From Bacteroidales bacterium (GTDB lineage: Bacteria; Bacteroidota; Bacteroidia; Bacteroidales; UBA932): DNA of 64,000 nucleotides. This document shows, one piece after another, positions 38,794-46,271 of the stretch (position 1 is the first letter of the stretch; every line of letters starts with the position of its first letter). The notes below the pieces were generated by a model, which was not told the DNA's origin, made no database searches, and was given only the letters and a program-made list of their open reading frames with translations. The stretch covers positions 1,385 through 65,384 of the forward strand of contig JAFZXV010000087.1 of NCBI GenBank assembly GCA_017616595.1, in the 5' to 3' direction. A program made the position numbers and the translations under genes.

Positions 38794-39978
38794 ATGATAC
38801 GTCAGCTAAACCAAAAAGTCGCGTACATCGGCTCCGACGACCTCGACCTCGACCTCTTCGAAAGCCAGTACATAGTCCCCGAGGGGGTTTCCTACAATTC
38901 TTACCTTATTCTGGACGACAAAGTCGCCATCCTGGACACATCCGACGCCCGCAAGGCCGACGAGTGGAAAGAGAGCCTCGCAGGGGCGCTTGCAGGCCGC
39001 AAGCCGGACTACCTTGTGGTGCATCACCTCGAGCCGGACCATTCGGCACTCATAGCATGGGTGCTAAAGGAGTACCCGGAGGTGACGCTCGTTGCCGGAG
39101 CGCAGGCCATCCGCATGCTGCCGCAGTTCTTTGCCGACATCGCCCTGGAAGGCCGCACGCTTGCCGTCAAGGAGGGGGACGAGCTGCCGCTGGGCGAGCA
39201 CAGCCTGCGGTTCATCGCCGCACCCATGGTCCACTGGCCGGAGGTTATGATGAGTTTCGATGCCGCAGACGGTGCCCTCTACAGCGCCGACGGCTTCGGG
39301 AAATTCGGCGCCCTGGGCAAATGCGGTTTCTACGGGCGCGAAGATGACGACTGGGCCTGCGAGGCACGTCGCTACTACTTCAACATAGTGGGCAAGTATG
39401 GCCCGCAGGTGCAGCAGGTGCTTGGCAAGGCCGCCGGACTCCCCATCAAGACCATCCGTCCGCTCCACGGCCCCATCCTGGAAGACAATCTTGAGGAATA
39501 CATCCACCTGTACGATGTCTGGAGCCGCTACGAGCCGGAGACAGACGGCATCTTCATAGCCTGCGCGTCCATCCACGGAGGCACCATGGAAGTGGCGCAG
39601 CACCTCGCCCACCTGCTGGCAGACAAGAACGCCCCCAAGGTGGTTCTGTCCGACCTTACACGCTCAGACATAGCGGAAAACGTGGAGGATGCGTTCCGCT
39701 ATCCAAAGGTCATCCTTGCCGCCTGCTCGTACGACGCCGGCCTGTTTACCCCTATGTACGAGTTCCTGCACCGCCTGCAGATCAAGGGCTGGTGCCGCCG
39801 CAAGGTGGGTTTGATAGAGAACGGCTCCTGGGCTCCGAGCGCCGCGCGCGTGATGAAGGAGATGCTCGGCCAGATGAAAGAAATCGAATTGATCGAGCCC
39901 ACGGTAACCATCCGCAGCCGCCTCAAACGCGCAGACCTGCCTGCCCTGGATGCCCTGGCAGACGCAATTTTAAAGTAA
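38794..39978 (+). CDS. fprA: FprA family A-type flavoprotein (metallo-beta-lactamase plus flavodoxin)
   Basis: SYNSYLI, HHLEPDHS, PMVHWPE, SADGFG and ENGSWAP motifs. Confidence 0.92.
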   Translation: MIRQLNQKVAYIGSDDLDLDLFESQYIVPEGVSYNSYLILDDKVAILDTSDARKADEWKESLAGALAGRKPDYLVVHHLEPDHSALIAWVLKEYPEVTLVAGAQAIRMLPQFFADIALEGRTLAVKEGDELPLGEHSLRFIAAPMVHWPEVMMSFDAADGALYSADGFGKFGALGKCGFYGREDDDWACEARRYYFNIVGKYGPQVQQVLGKAAGLPIKTIRPLHGPILEDNLEEYIHLYDVWSRYEPETDGIFIACASIHGGTMEVAQHLAHLLADKNAPKVVLSDLTRSDIAENVEDAFRYPKVILAACSYDAGLFTPMYEFLHRLQIKGWCRRKVGLIENGSWAPSAARVMKEMLGQMKEIELIEPTVTIRSRLKRADLPALDALADAILK

Positions 39979-40044
39979 TCTTGCAGGTTTTTTCGGAATT
40001 ATTTCATATTTTTGCTCATTGCAACTTTTTTTAACAACTTTTTT

Positions 40045-40455
40045 ATGAAAAAATTAGTTCTTTCCCTCATTGCAGTATGCGCTTTCGCATTTGCTGCAAA
40101 TGCTGCCAGCTTCACCGTGAACGACAGCGCAATCGACGCCCTCATCGAGAACTCCACTGAGGTCTTCACCGCTGAATTCATGACCCCTGCTCCCGCAGCA
40201 TCCGTAGCTCCCGCCAAGGGCGAAATCAACACCACCACCGCATTCCTTCTGAGCTGGCTGCTCGGCGGCTTCGGCGTACACCGTCACTATCTCGGCACCA
40301 CTCCTTGGATGTGGGCAGTCTATACCTTCACGGGCGGCGGCCTCGGCGTCCTCTGGGGAATCGACACCCTCTTCATCTTCCTCGACCTGATTGGCGTAGG
40401 TGAGGGCTACCTCAACAAGTTCATCAACTGCGAGAAGATTATCGCTTGGATCTAA
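40045..40455 (+). CDS. TM2-domain membrane protein
   Basis: Signal peptide; LLGGFGVHRHYLG...TGGGLG TM2 motif. Confidence 0.8.
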   Translation: MKKLVLSLIAVCAFAFAANAASFTVNDSAIDALIENSTEVFTAEFMTPAPAASVAPAKGEINTTTAFLLSWLLGGFGVHRHYLGTTPWMWAVYTFTGGGLGVLWGIDTLFIFLDLIGVGEGYLNKFINCEKIIAWI

Positions 40456-41150
40456 TCCGTAAAATAATTTGCCTGGCGCTACTCGTTGCGGCTTTTGTAC
40501 CGGCCGGCGCTCAAAGGAAAGTCAGTGCCGACGTAGAAGTCAAGACGGTAACCAAAGGCAAACTCAGTACAGTCACCAAAAGCGTCTATTGCACCAGCAA
40601 TGGACGCTTGGTGACATTATACAAGACCCCTCTCAAATATTATTCAATCGCCAATTCCAAAGGCGAGTTCCAGCTCTATAACCCGGAATCCAACGAGGTT
40701 ATGAGCCAATACGACCCGTCGCTCAGTTCCACCACAGAGCTGGTGAGCATCTTCATGAGCGGCAGAGTAGACGATCTGGGGCTGGGGTACCTTGGCTATC
40801 GCCTGGCCGAAACAGGGCGGGAAGAAGGATACGTAAAGAAGTCCTTCAAGCACCCCGACCCTATGCTCCCGACAGTCAACATCGTCTACGACAATTACCT
40901 GCCTATTTACTGTGAATACATCTCTCCCGAGGGGAAGGTGGTCAACCGCAAGTATCTCTCCAACTATCAGCAGTTTGGCCGGATGACTCTTCCTCTCCGC
41001 TCGACAGACATCTCTTACGGCAACGGCCGCGACTCCACGGTTGTCCGCACCATATATTCTTCCGTCCGCATAGACACGGAAGACCCCGCATTCGACTTCT
41101 CAGTCCCAGCCGACGCCAAGCCAATGAAGCTTGACGCGCCTGCAAAATGA
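40446..41150 (+). CDS. Exported hypothetical protein (possibly LolA-like fold)
   Basis: Signal peptide; C-terminal FDFSVPADA. Confidence 0.5.
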   Translation: MDLIRKIICLALLVAAFVPAGAQRKVSADVEVKTVTKGKLSTVTKSVYCTSNGRLVTLYKTPLKYYSIANSKGEFQLYNPESNEVMSQYDPSLSSTTELVSIFMSGRVDDLGLGYLGYRLAETGREEGYVKKSFKHPDPMLPTVNIVYDNYLPIYCEYISPEGKVVNRKYLSNYQQFGRMTLPLRSTDISYGNGRDSTVVRTIYSSVRIDTEDPAFDFSVPADAKPMKLDAPAK

Positions 41151-41671
41151 AACCAACTCTCTTCGTTTTAGTGTTGCTGCTTGTTCCGCAAGCAGTTTTT
41201 GGACGGTTGGAGTCTGGATACCTCTCTCCGGAAACTGTGGCCGCCCGTGGCCACATGAACGGGGGGGACCCACAAGCGTCAGCGCAGTGGGGGGGACGAA
41301 GCGAAGCGGAGGTTTCCGGAGAGAGGTATCCAGACGGAAACAAGTCCCAAAACGATCGTTCTTTTATTATCAATAAAGATTTCAACGATAAATTGATAGT
41401 GGAATCGGCGCCGGAGGGGGCGAATGTAGTGGAGAAGGCGGCGTGGAGGGTGAGCAGGCAGCTGACGGGAAGGGATTTCTACCGGCCGGTAAATTATATG
41501 TTCTTCCGGCAGGCTGTAAAGGAGATAGGGCTGATTCCGGCAATCTTTGCGACTGCAGACAGGGTGCTGAGAGACAGCAAGATAGGAACTTACGACGTGC
41601 GCATAGATGCTGAGCATCCGGTGGTGAACGAAGGGCCGGAGGCGTATGCTCCGGGGAGGGCCGGCAAATGA
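41147..41671 (+). CDS. Hypothetical protein with a degenerate YidD-like C-terminus and an in-frame family B insertion
   Basis: FFRQAVKEIGLIPAIFATADRVLR resembles the YidD helix but lacks the Cys residues; overlaps both neighbouring genes. Confidence 0.5.
   Translation: MKPTLFVLVLLLVPQAVFGRLESGYLSPETVAARGHMNGGDPQASAQWGGRSEAEVSGERYPDGNKSQNDRSFIINKDFNDKLIVESAPEGANVVEKAAWRVSRQLTGRDFYRPVNYMFFRQAVKEIGLIPAIFATADRVLRDSKIGTYDVRIDAEHPVVNEGPEAYAPGRAGK
41212..41335 (+). mobile_element. Family B palindromic element, in-frame
   Basis: Perfect 24-bp inverted repeat gtctggatacctctctccggaaac around the conserved core. Confidence 0.82.
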
Positions 41672-42513
41672 AGCGGGCGGCGGCCATAGCGGCGCTGCTT
41701 CTGGCGCTGGCCGGGCCGCGGGCCGCGGCGCAATCGACCTGGATTTCAGCCGATTGGGATTTTGCAGAGTACCTCATAGACACCGGCCTCAAGAAAGACG
41801 CCGCCACCCTGCTGGCGCAGGACCTGTATTTTCCGTCCGACACTCTCACCTACCTGCGCGGCTGGTCGGCCTACCAGCTGCAAGACCTGGAGCCGGCGCT
41901 GGAGCTGCTGCGCGCGGTGCCGGAAGACTCCCCCTTCGCCCAGAAATCGTTCTTCTACGGCAATGCAGTATCGGCCCACCTCGGAGACTATGCCACCCCT
42001 GCGGCACTGCTGGAGGCCTACGGCGGGCCGTACAAAGAGCTCCGCGGCGTGCAGCTGGCGGGTCTTGCCCTGTTGCGGGACGACCCTGCAGCCTTCAAGA
42101 GCGCCAGGGAATCCTTCGGCTATTCCGACTTTGCCCTGGTGGAGGCGGAGCGCAAGCTGGACGAGATTTACGACTTCCGATACGTGCGTCCCGCCAAGAG
42201 CCCGCTGCTGGCCGCGGCGGCATCGGCAGTTGTGCCGGGGCTCGGAAAGATCTACGCCGGACGCATCGGAGAGGGCATAGAGAGCTTCCTGATTACGGGC
42301 GTGAGCGGCGCGGTGGCGGCCAACTACTGGATCAAAGACGGCCCGCGCGATTGGAAAACCATCGCCGCCAGCGCTGTGTGCGCCATACTTTACATAGGAA
42401 ACATATACGGCAGCTACGTGTCCGTAAGCATATACAACAACAACGTCAAGGATGTTCAAGATACGGCTATTCTGTACAATATCCATATTCCTCTGCGCTC
42501 TGTGTTCAAATAG
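41668..42513 (+). CDS. TPR-like membrane protein
   Basis: Helical repeats; KSPLLAAAASAVVPGLGKIYAG membrane motif. Confidence 0.65.
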   Translation: MKRAAAIAALLLALAGPRAAAQSTWISADWDFAEYLIDTGLKKDAATLLAQDLYFPSDTLTYLRGWSAYQLQDLEPALELLRAVPEDSPFAQKSFFYGNAVSAHLGDYATPAALLEAYGGPYKELRGVQLAGLALLRDDPAAFKSARESFGYSDFALVEAERKLDEIYDFRYVRPAKSPLLAAAASAVVPGLGKIYAGRIGEGIESFLITGVSGAVAANYWIKDGPRDWKTIAASAVCAILYIGNIYGSYVSVSIYNNNVKDVQDTAILYNIHIPLRSVFK

Positions 42514-43255
42514 CGCGGCTCAGGATTGGGAGTCGATGGCCGTTGCGTACGAACGGCTGATTTACGACGGCGCGGGCCTGGAAGAGACCAACGCCGCCCT
42601 CCTCGCCAAGACCGAGTGCTACAAGATGCTGGGGCGCTACCAGGACGCATCCGGCACGCTGGCGCGCATCCGCATGTACGCCCTCACGCCCGAGGAGCGC
42701 AACACCGTGCTGTACCAGCAGGAGCTCTGCCACTTCCTGGCGGGCGAGCTGGATCAGGCGGCCACGCTTGTGGCGGAGGTGGAGCCATCGTCGCAAGACA
42801 TCCTGCTGCTGTACGCGCTCGTGCTGGCATACGCCGGGCGCTACGACGAGTCTGAGCTGATGGCGGCGCGATGCATAAGCTGGAACGGGGAGAGCCCGCA
42901 TCTGGATGAGCTGACGGCGCTGTACCGGCAGCACCCTGCAGAGCGCAACGCCACCGCCGCACTCGTGCTTGGCTTCCTGCCGCCGCTGGGGCATTTCTAC
43001 AACGGCGCGTACGGCGAGGGGCTCCTTTCTGCGGGCCTCAATGCAGCGTCCGTTGCCTTTGTGGTGGCCAACTGCATGGGCGGATACTGGGTCAGCGGCA
43101 TCCTTGGCGGCATCGTCGCCCTCAACTATACATGGATGGGGAGCGTGGAGCGCAGCCAGGCCCTGACGGAGAAGAACAACAACAACGCCACCATACTCTT
43201 TGGCGAGCGCGTGAGGGAATTCCTCGCCCGCGTGATGGAGGAGCCCGCAATATGA
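42452..43255 (+). CDS. TPR-like membrane protein, similar to the upstream gene
   Basis: TPR-like helices; LPPLGHFYNG motif; start position uncertain. Confidence 0.6.
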   Translation: MFKIRLFCTISIFLCALCSNSAAQDWESMAVAYERLIYDGAGLEETNAALLAKTECYKMLGRYQDASGTLARIRMYALTPEERNTVLYQQELCHFLAGELDQAATLVAEVEPSSQDILLLYALVLAYAGRYDESELMAARCISWNGESPHLDELTALYRQHPAERNATAALVLGFLPPLGHFYNGAYGEGLLSAGLNAASVAFVVANCMGGYWVSGILGGIVALNYTWMGSVERSQALTEKNNNNATILFGERVREFLARVMEEPAI

Positions 43256-43893
43256 AGAAGGAAGAACGATACAGGGCGATAGTCGACTGGTTCCGTACCA
43301 ACGTGCCCGTGGCGCAGAGCGAGCTGCACTTCCGCAACCCGTACGAGCTGATTGTATCCGTGGTGCTGTCTGCCCAGTGCACAGACAAGCGGGTGAACAT
43401 GGTTACGCCGGCGCTGTTTGAGGCGTATCCAACCCCGGCCGACCTTGCCGCGGCGCCGGTGGAAGACATCCTGGCGTACGTCAAGTCGGTATCGTACCCC
43501 AACAACAAGGCGCGCCACCTGAAGGGGCTCGGAGAAGCGCTTGTGCGCGATTTCGGCGGCGAGGTGCCATCTACCGTGGACGAACTGATGACGCTGCCCG
43601 GCGTCGGACGCAAGACCGCAAACGTGGTTGCATCAATCATTTACGACGAGCCCGTGATTGCCGTAGACACTCACGTCTACCGCGTGTCGCACCGGCTCGG
43701 GCTGTCCCGCGGCAAAACGCCGTACGACGTAGAAAGGGACCTCGAGAAGCATATACCCCAGGAGCACAGGGCCATCAGCCACCACTGGCTCATCCTCCAC
43801 GGACGTTACACCTGCACCGCCCGCTCGCCGCACTGTGAGGAGTGCGGCCTTCGTGAGCTGTGCGCATACCATTCCCGCAATGCCAAGAGTTAA
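43252..43893 (+). CDS. nth: Endonuclease III
   Basis: LSAQCTDKRVN, HhH LPGVGRKTANV, VDTHV and the C-x6-C-x2-C-x5-C cluster. Confidence 0.96.
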   Translation: MKKEERYRAIVDWFRTNVPVAQSELHFRNPYELIVSVVLSAQCTDKRVNMVTPALFEAYPTPADLAAAPVEDILAYVKSVSYPNNKARHLKGLGEALVRDFGGEVPSTVDELMTLPGVGRKTANVVASIIYDEPVIAVDTHVYRVSHRLGLSRGKTPYDVERDLEKHIPQEHRAISHHWLILHGRYTCTARSPHCEECGLRELCAYHSRNAKS

Positions 43894-44836
43894 GAACCTG
43901 CTGGCCGAGCTGCCGTCGGCCGAAGTAATCGACCTTGAGGCTATTCGCGCCGGCCTAGCCAGCGGCGAGATAGAGCTCGTGTGCGTGCTGGGGCCCACCG
44001 CCTCGGGCAAGACGCGCTACGCCGTGCAGCTTGCGCGCGCCCTCGGCGGCGAGATAATCTCCGCCGACTCCCGCCAGGTCTACCGCGGCATGGACATCGG
44101 CACCGGCAAAGACCTTGCAGACTACGGCGAGGTGCCGTACCACCTCATAGACATCGCCAACCCCGGCGACGGCTACAACGTCTTCCGCTTCAAAGAAGAC
44201 TTCGGAAAGGCCTACGCCGGCATCCGCTCCCGCGGCGCCACCCCCATCCTCTGCGGCGGCACCGGCCTCTACATCAACGCCGTTACCTCCGGCTACGACT
44301 TCAAGAGTCATAAGCCGCTGTCGGCGCCGAAGGATAATGGCGGGGAGGGACTCTTCTTCCAGCAAACAGAGACCGCCCATGGCCACCCTGAAGGGCAAGT
44401 TTCCCTTGGGGGACAACAGGGGGATAACTTGTCGCGCAGAGACGGGGGGGACCCGCTTGCGGGGGGGATGGAGCGAAGCGGAAGTTTTCTGGAAGAAGAG
44501 TCGCTCCCCGCTGTGCCAAGGACGTTCTTTATAGGAACGTTGGTAACTCGCGAGGTGCGCAACGCGCGTATTGACGCGCGGCTGGATGCGCGCCTTCAAG
44601 AGGGTATGATAGATGAAATCAAGGGCCTTCTGAACGGCGGCGTGGCGCCTTCCGTCCTTCTGGCATATGGCCTTGAGTATAAATACGTTACACTCTATCT
44701 TCTGGGCGAGCTGGACTACGCCTCCATGAGGGAGAAACTCGCCACAGCCATCCACCAGTTTGCCAAACGCCAGATGACATGGTTCCGCGGCATGGAACGC
44801 AGCGGCACCGTCATCCACTGGACAGAAGTATCCTGA
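43880..44836 (+). CDS. miaA: tRNA dimethylallyltransferase with an in-frame palindromic insertion
   Basis: GPTASGKT, IISADSRQVYRGMDIGTGK, GGTGLY and FAKRQMTWFR motifs. Confidence 0.9.
   Translation: MPRVKNLLAELPSAEVIDLEAIRAGLASGEIELVCVLGPTASGKTRYAVQLARALGGEIISADSRQVYRGMDIGTGKDLADYGEVPYHLIDIANPGDGYNVFRFKEDFGKAYAGIRSRGATPILCGGTGLYINAVTSGYDFKSHKPLSAPKDNGGEGLFFQQTETAHGHPEGQVSLGGQQGDNLSRRDGGDPLAGGMERSGSFLEEESLPAVPRTFFIGTLVTREVRNARIDARLDARLQEGMIDEIKGLLNGGVAPSVLLAYGLEYKYVTLYLLGELDYASMREKLATAIHQFAKRQMTWFRGMERSGTVIHWTEVS
44340..44511 (+). mobile_element. Family B element (long subtype), in-frame in miaA
   Basis: 28-bp inverted repeat with 2 mismatches: gcggggagggactcttcttccagcaaac / gttttctggaagaagagtcgctccccgc. 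Confidence 0.82.
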
Positions 44837-44889
44837 AAGCCTGGCGCAGGTGGCTGGCTAGCCACCGGGCGATTCTGGCGTAACGGAGA

Positions 44890-45051
44890 CGGGAAGGGAG
44901 TTGCAAAACTGTGGCCGCCCATAGCCACCCCGAAGGGCAGATGTCCTCTGGGGGACTACAGGGGGACAATTTGTCTCACAGAGATGGGAGGGGCCCGCTG
45001 CGTAGCGTGGGAGGGACGGAGCAAAGCGGAGGTTTTGCAACTCCCATCCCG
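44890..45051 (+). mobile_element. Family B element (long subtype), intergenic
   Basis: 20-bp inverted repeat cgggaagggagttgcaaaac with 1 mismatch; core shared with the copy at 44340. Confidence 0.82.
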
Positions 45052-45080
45052 CGCAGTGGAGACATAATTGCACGGTCTCG

Positions 45081-45267
45081 TGGCGCAAGTTCCAGGCCCT
45101 CTTAGCGCAGGTTCCAGGCCCTCGTGGCGCAGGTTCCCGGCCTTCTTGGCGCAGGTCCCTGGATCTCGTGGCGCAGGTCCGAAAAAAAGTGGGAGACCTG
45201 CGCCGCAAATCACCAATATACGCTCTGCAGTGGCGCAGGTGGTGGCAGAAAAATCGGACCTGCGCCA
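45081..45267 (+). repeat. Family E element (45169-45267) preceded by four 22-bp tandem arm copies
   Basis: tRgcgcaRgt at 45081, 45103, 45125, 45147 and 45169. Confidence 0.85.
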
Positions 45268-45276
45268 TCGAGCCCT

Positions 45277-45609
45277 TGCGAAGACGATGAGAAGGGCGCT
45301 CCGCTGTCTTCGCAGGTGGGGAAAAGCGAGAAAAGCCGGCAAAACCGCATGCGAAGACGATGAGAAGGACGTTCCGCTGTCTTCGCAGGTGGGGAAAAGC
45401 GAGAAAAGCCGGCAAAACTGTTTGCGAAGACGATGAGAAGGACGTTCCGCTGCCTTCGCCGGTGGGGAAAAGCGAGAAAAGCCGGCAAAACTGTTTGCGA
45501 AGACGATGAGAAGGACGTTCCGCTGCCTTCGCCGGTGGGGAAAAGCAAGAAAAGCCGGCAAAACTGTTTGCGAAGACAACGAAAAGGACGTTCCGCTGCC
45601 TTCGCAGGT
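45277..45609 (+). repeat. Family D: about 4.5 tandem copies of a 73-bp unit containing a hairpin
   Basis: Units start at 45277, 45350, 45423, 45496 and 45569; stem tgcgaagac...gYcttcgc. Confidence 0.92.
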
Positions 45610-45737
45610 AGGGATGGCAGACCAACAAGATATTACAAGATGATTCGGAGGCACGGAGTGCCGACCGGAGGGGGACATCGCTTGCGATGTGCGGGGGAGA
45701 GCCCTCCCCCGTCCCCTGGGGGTGCAGGGGGATAATA

Positions 45738-45763
45738 GTACTGGCGGCAATTGCCGCCAGTAC
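45738..45763. terminator. Perfect 26-bp palindrome downstream of the Lrp/AsnC gene
   Basis: gtactggcggcaattgccgccagtac. Confidence 0.55.
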
Positions 45764-45775
45764 GACGTTCCGGGA

Positions 45776-46267
45776 TTACAGGTTCCGGAACGTCGTGCTC
45801 TTGAAGTCTTTGACCCACACCTGGCGCTCGAAGGCCTGGTCCAGAGAGATCATGGTTTCTGTGGACTGGACGTAGGGGATGCGCTGGATGGTGTTGATGA
45901 TGGCCTCCATCAGGTGGTCGTTGTCTATGCAGTAGAGCTTGAGGAGAAGGGCTGCGCGGCCGGTGACGAAGTGGCACTCCACCACCTCGGGGATGTGCTT
46001 GAGCGCCTCTGTAACCTCTTGATACTTATTGGCTTCTGTGAGCGAGATGCTGATGAAGGCGCAGACGTTGAGCCCTAGGGCGCCGGGTTTGACCATCATC
46101 TGGGAGCCGGATATCACGCCGTTGTCTTCCAGCTTTTTGATGCGCTGGTGCACGGCCGCACCGGAGACTCCGCATTCGCGGGCAATCTCCAGGTAAGGCA
46201 TACGGGCGTTGTTTACAAGGTAGTAAAGAATCTTGCGGTCGGTCTCGTCGAGTTTATAGTTGGCCAT
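45776..46267 (-). CDS. Lrp/AsnC family transcriptional regulator
   Basis: LDETDRKIL...NARMPYLEIARECGVSGAAVHQRIKKL and PEVVECHFVTG; start at MANYK. Confidence 0.92.
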   Translation of the reverse strand: MANYKLDETDRKILYYLVNNARMPYLEIARECGVSGAAVHQRIKKLEDNGVISGSQMMVKPGALGLNVCAFISISLTEANKYQEVTEALKHIPEVVECHFVTGRAALLLKLYCIDNDHLMEAIINTIQRIPYVQSTETMISLDQAFERQVWVKDFKSTTFRNL

Positions 46268-46271
46268 GCTG

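Noticed and set aside
44340-44511. Intein or group I/II intron in miaA
   Set aside because: Too short, with no intein C/S...HN termini and no recognisable intron core. RNA-level excision is not formally excluded.
45277-45609. CRISPR array
   Set aside because: The would-be spacers are near-identical and there are no cas genes or AT-rich leader; treated as a tandem repeat
44858-45750. ORFs of 256 and 264 aa in the miaA-asnC gap
   Set aside because: They are translations of the tandem and palindromic repeats and show no protein-like features
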